From contig OZ116701.1 of NCBI GenBank assembly GCA_964199315.1, forward strand, positions 8,370,001-8,434,000: a DNA stretch of 64,000 nt, read 5' to 3'. The translations under genes were made by a program, and so were the position numbers. This document shows positions 11,842 to 26,000 of the stretch, in pieces. This stretch comes from Orbicella franksi. Lineage: Eukaryota. Within the stretch, counting starts at the first letter, position 1, and every line of letters starts with the position of its first letter. The notes under the pieces were generated by a model. It made no database searches, was not told where the DNA came from, and saw only the letters and a list, made by a program, of their open reading frames with translations.

Positions 11842-14007
11842 GATGAGATACTCATGCTCAAGTTATTTTTAGATCACTTCCGGTTTGGGAAATCATGAAA
11901 GCGTCTAAAATAGCCAATCTTGTAACGCTATTCTGGGAGAGTCAATATGAACTTTGCATAGCCATTTAATCTGAAGCATTAGCCTTTTCCAGGCCCTCAG
12001 TCAGTAGGACGATCGAAAAAGCGGGCGGGCAAAGAGCGGGGTCTGAGAGAGGAAAGAACAAGACTGAGCGCCCTCTCCTTTTTTTTCCCAGACGCCGCTT
12101 TGCGCCCGCGCGTTTTTTCACACGTCCCCAGTGATAGAGAGCTTGGAACTGGCTACTTTAACATCTAATCGCAAATGTACAGCAATTTCAAGCTAAGGAT
12201 AGGGGGAGGGGTCACCTACGAATGAGTGCAGTTTTCCTCAGTGGTTTACGAAGGTGGTAGCCACATGACTTGCAAAGAGAAACACCCGGACTCGATTTAG
12301 CATGACTTTTTAAAGTTTTCTCCGTGCGTTAGCTAGAAGGGGGTGGTGTTTGTGTCCCATTTAAATTCCAAAAGTATTCATTCACTACTAATCAAACTTA
12401 CATGTTGTGTGAGGCATTCAAACTTGTTTGCATAAGTGATCATCGTCTATCTGCGTATATTTAAACACCATAAAGCACACCGAATTTCGATAAAATAACC
12501 TTTGAAAACATACCCAGGCGAAATAGGGTTAAAGTGAGTATGGAGTCCCTAAATTACTTGCCTATGAACAAAGAGCTTATAAATAGCATTAAACCATCAT
12601 TGATAGTTCATAGCACTTCATGATTAATGAACACTTAGTCCGTGTAGAGTATGATTATGAAGTGCTTTGTACATGCAGCTGCTCTTCAGTTATACGCTAG
12701 CAGGCTTGTGGGATTGCTTGTTACACATTGTCTGTCCTTCTTTTCTCGGAGCGCGGTGCGCATGGAGTTTTGAGCCTATTGCACTTGGAAAGTCAAAGGC
12801 GCCTTGCGTGTCATTGCCTAAACAACCATTACCGCGCATCTCTTCTCGTTTTGTCCGTGGAGAGCAACCTGGCCTGGGAACAATGGGACAAGACATGTCG
12901 TTCTCGAATTTCCATTTGCTTCCATACGGTTGAGGTCAAGGACTCGGGTCCGGTTGGACCCAGCCCAAGGTGTACTCAAGTTCTTTGTGTCATCTGAAAT
13001 TTGCGAACTTGCTGCAAAAACATCTTCCTCCAGAGTTACCCGTGAAAACAAGGAACTCACGGGGACCCTGCCATTTGGAGTAAGCCAATCGTGTTCTGCC
13101 AAGGACCCATAGTACACCGATAAATGATAGGCTATAGACAGGACAGACTAATCTATTCTATAATCAAAAAACTAACAAAGAAATCAACTGTCTTTTTTGG
13201 TAACCATTTTATTGAATTTGAATTAAGGCATCGTTTGCTTTCCTTAGGGGGCTATCGCTTGAAGCAGTACTGTTATTATTTCATGGTTCATTTTGGTTCT
13301 CAGTAGAAAATGTTATCTTTGTTAATGCCATCCTTGCAAAAGCTGTCTACTCAATAATATTTTAATAATCACACGTACACAGGATGCTACTATGCAATTA
13401 AATGTATTATGCCTATTTGTTTTAAGGAAACATAACAATGTCAAATAACTGTACGAAAAGCATTGACTTGATTCGATTTCCTTCAAGACACGAGACCAAT
13501 ATATTCCAATACTACCACTGCCTCCACTACTATATAGAGAGACGACAATTTACCTTTCAGGTGAGCGGTACTTTTGCAATGTACTTGTGCAACTGAAGCT
13601 GTTTCCATGTGCTCCAGTAGAAGTAAAAAGAATTCACCTAATGCTCGATACTAAAATATTTGCTCGAGTGTGAATTCGTGGTGGTTTTACGAGGCAGGAA
13701 AAAAACATAATATCCCGAACTTAAAGCTAAAACATATTCTGCTCATCAGTTTACTTCTGGAAATTCCTCGGCTGTAAAAAAAATATGTGAAGAAAATAAG
13801 TAGTACCAAACTCTCATTCTGATACCCGTTCAGAAATATTACGTGGCTTGGCGATGTAGATTTGATTGAGAATTATTATGCAAGTGTTCCCTATAATTCT
13901 AATTAAAGTTAATGTTATGTTGAAATCAAGAGAAAATCTTCCAAAACTTATTGTCCAACTGATCAACCCTCAGTACGCATGTTCGAGGTTCGAACATGCG
14001 TAGTCGT

Positions 14008-17000
14008 TTAATACATGATTGCTTCCTCTAAATCTTGTCCTTGTAACCTGGGTGACACAGCAAGTAAGAGATTAAGAAGCTCAATGTCCTCCTCATAGTG
14101 ATCTTCTTCTCCTTTTTGCGATAGTTGAATAAGCTTTCCGATTCGCTGGTCGATTTTGGCCATTCTTTCTCTCGTAGACTGAACAATTCCGTTCGAGTTC
14201 AGACAGTTCGGTTCCGCCTCTGATCGACACATGTTAACAAATGTTGCTTCGTCGCAAAATAGCTTCTTTAGGTGGCGTTCCCCATTTCCACTACCGAGCA
14301 ACCCCGCTAAACGCTCCTCGAAGTAATGTGCTATTTCCAAATCTTCTGCGCTTTCCTCCACGTTAGTTTTGGCTTCTGAGTATGAATCGTTCAACATAGA
14401 AACAATCAAATTCATTAGAAGAATGGTCATCATCAACATGTATAAGAAGGCAAAGGCAGGGCCAATGACACGGTTCACGGCTCGAAGTTCCTCCAAGGGA
14501 ACTGCCTTTCCCAGTAAGAACTCAAACTGTGACACAGTCGCTCGCAAATAGCTTGAGTAATATAAGGTTGATGGACCAAACAACCCAATTCCTGACGTAG
14601 CAAAGGAATTGAAAGTTAAACAGAAAACGAACAGGAAGGACAATTGGTTTCCAGCTGACTGTCGAAAAGATGAGAATAAATAGATGACGTGGGGGTTAAA
14701 GCGAATAAGATGAAGAAATTTCAAAGTTGCCATGAAAATAGCAACAGCAATTGACGCATTTTCCCACTCAGTCCAAGACAAAGAGGAATGAAAATTTATG
14801 ATGGCATAAGGGTTGGATTGAATAGCCTTTATGCTTTTCAAAATGCTTTTAGCTTTCAGCATGTAGAACGCAAAAGAGGCCACAGAAGATAGTATTTGCA
14901 AAAACTCAATCATATTCCAAGGAGACTTGAAAAAAGCTGCTCGCTGACGAAAAAGGTTTATCAACAGGAGCACAAGATAGAACGCCGTCATAGTCATGAA
15001 AAGGAATTGACAAATGTAGTAAAACTCTTGGGATCCCGATTCCGTGCTATACAGCTCCAGTGTCTCAACCTTTTTTGTTGTGTAAGCAGCGCCGGTAGCC
15101 AGTACTTCATAGAAGAACGTTGCGATGCTGATCAAGTTTGTGTTGATGTTGAACACCGTAAATTCTAAAACTACAGCCCTTGTCTGCCGATCAATCCACC
15201 CTTGACTGAGAGTTTCAGTCAGAACGCGCTCCGCTGTTTGTTCGTTATATCCTAGTGCGGCGATGTATCCACCTCCCCTGTACAGTTTGTACGTTCCCCA
15301 CATGGGAAGTGCATTGCCAAGATCTTGGGTAGTTTGATAGCGCCAGGGAAGAGGGCACATCTTTAGAGAATCAGGCCAGGTGGTGTTCGGAGGTAATTCT
15401 TTCCATCCTGGTAGGCTCATCAAGGTAGTATCTTCCCCCGCGAAGGTGTAGTCGTGATAGCAGTGTGAGATCATTGTACTGAGGATCCCACAGGAGCCTT
15501 AAGGAATGAACAAAAAAAGTGAGTTACAGTATTCAGGATCCATTCAGACCTGTGTTTTAATTCATTGTTAATATCATCTTCATTTAAAACGACTACTACC
15601 TCAGTCCTCATCCATGTTTCCTGTGAGTTTTATTATTTAAGGTGGCTGACAATAATTTATAATTCTTTCCAGCACCTAAATGCATATTTTGACGGATCAA
15701 TATTAAGACTCTTCAAACGAATGCTCTTTCATTGGTGAACTAGTTACGGTATTAAGTAGATAACAGGTTAACATAGCACCATAATAATCTACTAAAACAC
15801 CCTCCATTTTAGTTTTAATTGCCTGATTATAACTCAAAAACAAGATCGGTGGCCCTCATTCATTATATCAAGTTGAGATCAGCGTGTCAAAGTACAATCA
15901 TTTTACAAAGTTTAAGAACAACTCCGTGGAAGAGATTCAGAGCCGCCACTTGATAAAGTATGATATTATTGATCTATCAAACTAAAAGCGCTGGAAAGAG
16001 GTCGAAACTATTGTTAGCCAGCTTAAGTGGTTTTTTAAAGTAGATTTACTGTTTGTCTTCAAATAAAACCAACCTGGAATGTATTTATACCTTTTGCAAG
16101 CGATCTTTTCAGAACGTGCAAACTGTACATTTAATCATCAAAGGCACTCTCGACTCAGGATTGGATTAGAGCAGGTGGAATAATATATATTTCAAGGTCA
16201 TTTCAGTTATACTCGCACTCAATGGTCTTCTGTATCCTGGTGGGAGAAGAATCACAATTTTTTACAATGCGGAAATGGATACCCATCCACTTGAGCGAAA
16301 ATGGAGCAGTGATAGAAACAGTACTAACAGTACAGAGGAATATGTACATGTTGGAGTGAAAGTCACATGTTAAAGTCACTCGCTTTCAACACGATTCCTG
16401 CAATGGTTGTAGCTGTGTGTCTGTACCCTTGTTTATTATATAAAATTAACCAATGAGCCTACGAAATATTCGAAATGGTTACAACCTGTCTAAACGAAAG
16501 TATTCCAAGGGATAGTTACCATTAGACTTTAAACCAAACTTACTCTTTTTAACTCTAACTTGTCTCATTCTTGGCATCCCAAGCAAAATGGATTTCTTGT
16601 TCTCAATATAGACCTCCTCCTCTTCTTTTTTGCCATTGTACCACACTCCTGCATATAAATTTGGGAGGAAATATTGGCCCATCCATCCCCATAATCTGTG
16701 CGGATGAGTAACCTATGTACACGAAGGAAAAGATCGAGGTCGGCAGTTTACCTTCATCTTTTCACGGTATGTAAGCTACCCAAAGAAATTAACAACCATG
16801 GCATTTGCCGAGACGCTCGTTTTTCTTCGAGATATCACCACATCATGATTTTGGCCTCTCAAAGGATTTGACATGGCCTAATAATAACTGGAGGCTGACT
16901 AGAAAACTTTGGGGTTATTTCCGCCTCTAGACTCAAATTGTACATTTTTTTCGGTTTTTCTATTTATTTTCATAAAACTGTAAATGTAGGAGTGCTGTTG

Positions 17001-20000
17001 TTGTCTAATTTTGGACAAAATGTAATCATTTTACATTATTAACATGAGTGTACCGTCTCTGGACAGTGTAAGTCATTCGCTGAGCTAGCAAACCGGCTCA
17101 AATTTCAATATCAAATACAAAGCACTTACGGTTTCAAACTTCAGATATGGTGCTTTCACGGAACTAGTCATCTGGTAGCGGTTATTATTTTTGTTACCAT
17201 AGCAAGCGATCGCCATGAGGAATATGAACAATAGGTGAAGCACGATTTCTTTCATCATCCCAATGAGCTTGACCTCCTTCTTCTTATTCTGTCGCATCTT
17301 TGACAACTCGTACCTCTTTAGCATTTTGTTTGGGTCATCGTCAATGTGTTCGTAATTGCTAGATTCAGTTTCAACTTCACTTTCTTTCCTGTTGATTTTA
17401 CCTCTTTTGAGGAACATGGACGTTAAAATGATTATCAACATGACTTTTGCTGGCTGTGCAAAGAAGACGTCTTCTGACAATGAAGTAAAAACAGAAGCGA
17501 GCCATTGTTCAGCGAGTTCTTTCCCCCACACAAGGCTGTAAAATATAGTAAAAGTGGCCCCCGTAAGGCTTGTAACGACGCACAGGAACCAACCAATGTA
17601 AATACAGAAATGAGGCAGGGCACAGCTCGACTTTCTCATTTTCTCAACTAGATGCAAAGAGTTTGCTGCTGTCTTGTAATTCTCTTCCAGTTTCTTCCTT
17701 GGTCTGCTTGAACGGAAAAGAAACACAATCAGAATGTTTACAGGGGCAACAATAAGTCCGCTTTGCACTCCCACAACAATTTGCCTCCATGAGAACTTGA
17801 ATGGTCCAACCCGTATGGCACCATCGGATTCTCCATCAGTGTTATAAAACATAGCATTGGCGATCATCGCACTGAAGAGAATTGACAGACAACACGATGC
17901 TCTTTGGACTCGAGTAAATGTACTGCTTGATGCCTTGCCAACAACAGACATCCAAATATGGCTGTCAGCAAGTTGTCGAGGGGCACGTGATCGCACTTGC
18001 TCTGAGAATCCAAATGGATTTTCTTGACCCAGGCATCCGACTGTGACTTCAATTTGACCATCCCCTTTTTCTACAGCAAGCCATCTATTCACAGGGAACC
18101 TCCACTGGTCGTCCGTTTGTTTATCCTTTATAACAACATTTTCTAAGAACCATGAAGGATTTTTCCCAGAGTTATCATGTGTTATTGTTATCTCCTTCAG
18201 TGACCCAAGTGATCCAATTGTAACGAGTTCAAACCCGTCAATACTTCCGCGTGAGAAAAAGTTACATTTTTTACCATTATTTCGCAACAACACTGTCTTG
18301 CTCTCATCGCTCTCCCCTGTAATTGTAAGGGCTACATTTGCAGTTGTACCCGAGTTCCTCCACACTCCCGAGCTGACAACTATTTCGTAGAGATAGCTTC
18401 CTTCTTCATCGACTTCTATACGTTTAGGAGGGACAATCTAATAATACAAGATTTCACTATTAGCTTTCTGGATGGAAAAATAGCTGTTCCGATGTCAAGA
18501 AGTACGGACCGATCGTAGTCTGTTCCATGCTTCTTGATCCCCCTTGTGCTAATATATCTGTTACATTCCAGCTGAATAAGAGGCCAGTTTCATTGCCTCT
18601 ATAACCACCATAGGGCGACGCATCACAGTATTTGATTATCAAAGAAATATCCTTAGTTACCTCGCCCTCCACCTCTTCTCGGTTCAAAAAAGTGATTATA
18701 TTGACTCCGTCAGCTTTACACTTTTATCCAGCTATATATGAGAAAAGTAGAAAGTTCTTGGAAACATGTTTCGCGAAGTATTGACCAAAATTAAGCTTGC
18801 TTTCAATTATTTCTTTTACGTAAATATAGCGCATGTAAGTGATTGAGCTATACCCGTTTTAAAGACACATAAAGCCGTTATTTATTTACAACAGTTCTTA
18901 GCTAATACCTTACCTTGTTCTCATCTCGCTTGTCTGCTTTTCTAGCGAAGACAACCAGAATAAAGTAAATAAGAAACACGCTTGCAACTGTCACTAGAAC
19001 GGCAATATTTCCAGTTTCACCGAGTCGTGTAAATTCCGTAAAAACTTTGTTGAAATCTATGGGGTTCGGCGCTTGTATGAAGCTTCCGCCAAATGCAGTG
19101 AGATGATTGCAAAGGCACTTCAAGTACTTTTTGTTTGAGCCGGGTCCGACCTGCATGTGGAGACGAGAAGATGATCGATTAATCTTACTGCAATCATAAG
19201 AGATGAACTTGCCAGCCATAAGCCATTTCGCTAAATGTTATGTAGACGGGAGACCCCGTCTCGGATGTTCACTCCTCAAACTCTGCTGCATTTCATAGAC
19301 CTAGTTTCTTTGTAGAATTGTCTCCGAAGGTGACTCAACATTATCTTTGTTTCAATTGTAAACGATGACCAATGATCATTGCACGATATAGAGTATAATT
19401 CATTGTTTCTCTGTCCATTATACATGTATTTTATGAGATGGCATAAACTTCGTTTGCACTTATTTTATTATTTTATTATTATTATTATTATTATCATTGT
19501 TATTTTCCTTTTTTGTCGATATGTTATAAGATTTAGTCGTTGTTGTTGTTGTAATGCAAACGCATTTTGTTGTACAGGGTTTCTTTGCAGACTATCCACT
19601 CGATTTGCCTCGTGCACTCATTAGTTTATCAAGTACTGATTTACCATATCTGTGTATGAACTTATGATAAGCAAACGTACACTGCTTAATTAGAGAACTG
19701 AAATGGAGAATCTCTCTGAACATGTATTTTTAGCAATATTTTGAAACAGGTAGTTCTCAATCGTAAATTTAAAGACTTAGTATATTTAATCAATGCTGTT
19801 ATGCTACCTTGCATCCATCGGATGTCCATTTCTCCTTTGTCTGAGACCAGTACAGACAACTTGCTTGCATTATTGACATGGTATACTTGACATCCGTTGA
19901 TGAATCGTATTGTGGTATAACTGTCTTGTTATAGCCATTCGGTGGTGGTTCCTTTGTACCTATGCAAGAACGCCTTTCTCTTCCATGTCCAAAACAGGAT

Positions 20001-23000
20001 CTCCTTTTTCTTGAATGTTCGGTGGCATTCTTTTCTCCGAGGAACAGCATTCCCACGTAGATTACAGTAGACTCCGATGGCACCACTGTGAATGAAATCT
20101 GTTCAACAGCACAGTCAGTGACGTTGTAGTCGCCCACTGATAAGCCGTTTTGACAAGTCGCAGTGAACGCAACTGTGAAGTTTTGATCAAAATCCTCTAC
20201 GGTTGGTCTCGATCCAAATTTTATAAACACCTCCACTATCGCGTCTTTATCAACTCCCTCAAGGCTTAAAGACACAGGAACATTACCAAGCTCGGCGTAA
20301 TAGTTACTTATTGTCATCTCGTATGGCTTAAGAAAATAGTTCTCCTGATCAGCCGATTCTGATTCCTCGTTGTTGGTGGGTATTGTTATCTCTATGTCAT
20401 TTTCGAGGTCCGACACGTTCATTGTTCCTGTTTCGTCGTTTTTTAGTTCCAGGCTGCAAACGCTTGATGTAACGGAAAGGCTGCTATTGTCCCAGCTATA
20501 TGGGTTTATTGTAAGGGTCATCATCTGTAAAGTAATAAATATTTAAATTATAACCAAAAAAAATGAAAGTCGGGACGAATTTCCTTCGCTTTTCTGTCTC
20601 CTTACACAAATTGCTTCAGAATAGCATTTAGCTATGTTTAGTTACATTTTTCTCGAGGCAGAAAATAGAGAAAATTTTTTAAGAAAGTGAAAGCGAAGAA
20701 CAAATCTTCTTTCCTGTCAGTTAGTCGCGGAACCAACGCAGATGGGAACCGTTTGCTCTGGAAACTGCTATTCCTATCATCTTATATATTTCGTGTGCTC
20801 ATCTTGATTCGGAGTTTGACTGCTATAGCATTTGCTACTTCAGAAGTACACTGTTGTTTAAATACTTTCAAGTGTTAGTAGCTTATTTTCCTAGACGTTT
20901 GCATTGTGCTTCCATTAAATACGAACCTATTCTACGCGTCGATGCCACAGCTTTTAAGAAAAATAGTGATGATTGCCGGGATCATTTAGCTGTAGATGTC
21001 TCAGGTCAATTTTGTTATTACCTTTGCAGTTATATCTCCCACAGCATTGAGATTAGTATTAGCTGGCATTTTAAACTGGGCAGAGCCTTCTCCAACAACC
21101 AGTTCGTTTAAATCACTGGAGGTGACTTTACTCAGAGTAATTGACAAATCTTCCATCTCTATAACTTGGTTTTCAGAGCTAACTAAGCGTGTGGAGATCG
21201 AATCCATGATAACGTCGATCTGCCCCAAGGCCTTCTCTGTATTGACCTAATTGTAAAAATGATAATCAAATCAATACAATGTTCATAGAAAATGAAAACT
21301 GAAACTGTAATCAGTTGCTGAAGATGCTGCAAGCTTTGAGCTGATTAGAACATGGATCAATTTACGTAAACGTTTAACTGTCGTTCCCAAAACACCATCA
21401 GTAATTGCCACGATGTTGCATTGAAGCTACACCATTACCCTTTTAAGCATGCAAAATGGAAGCTTGCTGTGAAAGTTATTTTAAAATTGTGCCAGAATTT
21501 GGGCGCCATTGCCACCCACTCTTCTGGAAACCAGATATAAGAGGGCTTAAGGTGGCTCAAAACAGTCCCCAAAATGTTCATTATTATGTGTCATTGTAAC
21601 CACTTTATATCGGTTCACGACACAGTCATGGTATCGAAAAACTTACCTACTTACCAAGTGAACATGTTGGTTTCGATTTCGTGGCACAATAGGTTACCAT
21701 AGCAACAGTATGACCTGCTAAAAATACCCTTAATTTTAGCATTTTGCGCTTATAATTAAAAAACCCAGCATGATGAACCTACTTTTTTTTTATCGAATTT
21801 TGATAAGAATAAAAGAATGCAACTTTTTAAAAAGTTTAAAAGAATTATGTAGAGAAGGTTCAGAGCCACCTTAAATTAAATTATAAGATATGGAAACATA
21901 CTGACCCATTAAGTTGATATACACAGCTTATGTAGTTATGATATCACAACTTCTTAAATTGCGTCATAGCTGCAATGATCAATCATGTCTTCCTATCTTT
22001 CTCCGAAGTTCAAATATATTTATGATCTTTCACATATTCACTTGTGTAACAATACGCGTAGCAGGTGGAAGAAAAAAAGAAAGGAAGAAAGGACAGTTCA
22101 CTGGTCTAACAAAGAGCAAACCTTAGATTCCGAGGAATTCTCGTTCTCCTCACTGCCAGATGCTGATATGAGGACATTTTTCAGACATTCAGTAGCAGTT
22201 CCAGCCACTTCTTCGATTTCAATAGAGAAAGACTCTTCCGGATCTGCAAGTGCAGACCCTAACAGAGCTACCATGTTGGCAGTAAAGCTAAGCGTGTACT
22301 CCTAGGAAAAAAAACAATGCAATCTGTCACTACATATACATAACTCTACTGGCGTCCGTTATAACTTAAATAAAGCCCGAGGTAGCAAGGATATTCCGGA
22401 TGACCAATAATTGTCCTACTGCTAGACAATAGAAGGTTCTAAGACAAAATACACTAAGTCTACCTTTTGTTTTATAAAACATTTTGCTTATAACTGTTGT
22501 TTCAGTCAAAAGAAGGGAAATGGGAGTCAATAAATCTCGGTGCACCCGCCGCTTGGTTGAGCTGGATTCGCATTGAATTATATTGAGGATGTTCGCGTTA
22601 ATTATTTTTGCGCATCCTTACTGCGGACGCAAATTCATACGCCACTTCATGCATCCAGCGCGCGCTAAGTAATAAAATGAACAATGATAGAGCAGATGGC
22701 CATTGCTATGGCTTTGCCAGGATTTAACGATCTTATTTTTGCGCCGTTCCGCGAAAAAATTAAGAAAATCTATCGATTAGAAATTTGAATTTTTTTGCAA
22801 AATGCACCATGCACCTTTCAGCTCTTTGTTTATCTGTGTGGCGGTTTCAAATGCCTCTTGAAGGGTTAAGTTTTGTGAAAACATTGGCAACATTTGGAAT
22901 TATTAACGCAACGGATTCACTTACACAAAATAGCACTAGGATAGTTTGTCTGCGTTGATTCATTTTTGATATTTTAAGCCAAAAACCCTGAAGACCATGC

Positions 23001-26000
23001 TGATTTACGCGCGCCAATTTTGCAAAATCAGACTAGCTTCCCACACATTTTATCTCTGAAACGAAGTCCATTTATTTCTGAAACAAGTAACACATTATCT
23101 GTCCCCAGTAGAAGTTTGCAGAAAATCTATTGAGTAGAACATTTTTGCTCGAACGCTCTTCGGCTAGAAGCTAAGTACTCACCAATGCATTAAAACCCTC
23201 ACAAACTTGTTGATTATCACCAGTAGCTGCGGTTATAACAGAACCTATGACGAGAGTCATTTCAAAACTCGCAGTAGAGACGGTGATAGCTGCAAATCTA
23301 AACAGCACTGAACACGTAATCTAGGTGAAAAGACGAAAATGTTGTGTTACAGAAATTGGATGAAAACTGTCGGAAGTACTGGCTGACTTGCCGATAACGT
23401 TGAAATCTTCATTATCCTTGTGCAATCGCGGACAATTTATCTTTAGGTGACCATCTGGACCTCTTTAGAGAACTTCGAGGGGCTTCGTTAAAAGAAGAAT
23501 CTATGGGAGTCTTCGAGTAATAATCTGACTTTTGGGGGTTCCTTTCACCAGAAAAAATCAAAATAGCCAGGTAAAGGAATACGATTAAACAAGGCTGATA
23601 CTACGTAGAAAACTTAACGCCACAACGACACGACAGAATGCAAATTGAAAGCAAAAATGCAACAGCGGACTCTATCGTGTCGTTGTCGTGTTAAGTTTTC
23701 TGCGTGGTACCAGCCTTGCCTAATTGCATTAATTTTTACCCTTTTCAGACAGTATAGATGGTCTGTATAAAGAAAAATGTAAATTGAAGCTTTCACCTAC
23801 ATAACTACATTAGCTTTGCTACTTACATTATTTTGCACATCACGTGGTAAGCTCTGTCCGCACTCCGTATTTTTCGATTCCTTAGCTGATTTCAAGACCA
23901 ATGTGGCAAGTTGCGCCGCCTGAATTATTTCACCTTTACCCAAAAATTCGTCCATGTCGACAATGAGGTTGTTCAAATTGTCTTTTACCTCCTCCAGTGC
24001 TGAATGGCAAGGATCAAGTTTGGAGGATGGTGTTATCTGTAAAATATCACACGGGAAATCGAATTCCCTCGTTGAATTAAACAAAATGATTTCGCAAATG
24101 AAACATACAACATAGATAATTACTCGTACGTACCTTCAGTATCAAGATCTGTATCACACACTCTCCAACTACATTCTTCACCACTATTTCAATTTGCACC
24201 TGGTAATTTTCTTCAGGCAGTCCTGCGGATAACGCTATAGGGTCAGACTTAGTGGAGGCGCTGTAATATATGAGAGTGTTTTCACGTCGAATTTCATAAG
24301 TTAACGGTGCACCGGTTTTATCTTGCCATTCCAAACACTGGAAGGTGATCTCTGTCTCAAGTTCAACGCCTTCGGTAACCGACGATTTGCAATGTCCGCC
24401 GTAAGGTTTGCCTGCAGTCTCAAACTGTAGCAAAGCTAAGCCCTCGGTCACTAGCATGGGAGCTTTAACGTTTAATTGTAAACGATATTGTGAATCAGAG
24501 GAAAGCTTGTTTGGTTTAATAATGATGTTTGACGCATTGATAGATGTAGAGGTAATCTCATCAAGGTTTGTGACAGTTTCCCAGACTTGGTTATCTGGCC
24601 GAAATCTTTCAAGGCGCCACGTGTAAGTTGCTCCAGAGTTAAGACATTTTGATGTAACTCGAAATTTGTTTGAAGACGACACTATTGCACCGCAATCGAC
24701 AAAGCACCTGAAATGACACAAAAAAACGAAAAGTTTAGATCAAATAGACCTGACACTAGTGAGTCCAGTAAACGCAATTGTAATTGTCCCTACAAGGCGT
24801 CATTTCAAAATTGCAATCGCAATGTTTACCTAAGAGAAACCTGAGGTATTTCTCCAACTGCTATCTCAAATGACACCTCAGTAAAGGAGCTTCTCACATC
24901 TTTGGACACAGTGAGCCTAAGAATAAAGGTCTTTCCGATTTCAAGGTGACTTGGATCGATACTAACGGCTGTAAAATTAGCATTTTCCAGATTAACAAAC
25001 GAACCAAAACAATCGTGACTTAATGTGAAGTTTTCCTTTTGCTCGTGGCATGACCAAGTAAAAGTAAGTCCAGCATAGTTCCCCGGACCAACGTCTCCAT
25101 CATAGCTTAGCGAACCATCCACAGTTACAGTTTCTTCAGACCCCCAGCGCACACTGCTTCCTCCATCTATAATTGCTAGTAAAGGAGCAGCAATGACCTC
25201 TATAAAACCATAGTCAAAGGCGTTTAGAGTATGGGGGAAAGCTGGATCCCCGACTCTGTAGGAAGCGGTAAATTTAACTTGGTAGACACCAGCAGGAATT
25301 GATCTCCTGTTTATCGTCCACTCATTTGTACCTTGGCTTTTTAAGGTTCCTTCGGCTGTCTCTAAAGCATCAAGCTCCATTTCGCTGACCAGACGCCATT
25401 CCAAGACACTGTCGAAGACGTTGAAGTTTTCTAGACCTTCAATTTTCGCCGATAGAACACTTTTGACTGACCGGTTAACGGGAGTGGCCTGGTACCTGTC
25501 CTTGGAAATGTTTCTAATGGACACTGAGAAGTCTCCTGTTGATTGGTCGATAAACAATGCAAATGGTTTAATATTGAGTGGTCGTCGTCAGATTAATCAT
25601 ACACGAGGCACGTTAGAGCCCGATTCAAGCTTGAGTATTTTTTTTACTGTTATTTTACTTTTACTTTTTTCTTATGATTTCGCTTGAATATAACTGTCAC
25701 TGTTAAATTTAAAAAAGTGGTCATGATCAATTAGTTTTGACACGAAACATTTTTCCACAGCAGACATAATCGCAAAGTTAAGATTTAGTTTCGCATTCTG
25801 AAACAGTTAAGTCAATATAGGCTTAAAACAAATGATATTCCTCGCTGAGCCTCGCCATCAATAAATTTTGCGAAGAAGTGTTCTCCCGTCAAAGCCGTAC
25901 AGAAGAAGAAAAAAATACGTTGGATATAATTATTGTGATGAAATAAACAAACACTGTCCACCACCATTTGACCGCGAAAAGAATGGGTTGGAATCCATTT

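Noticed and set aside
14369-15168. Antisense ORFs over channel exons (also 6162-6437, 25421-25687, 60542-60874 and similar)
   Set aside because: Shadow frames of real exons with no independent motifs or splice signals.
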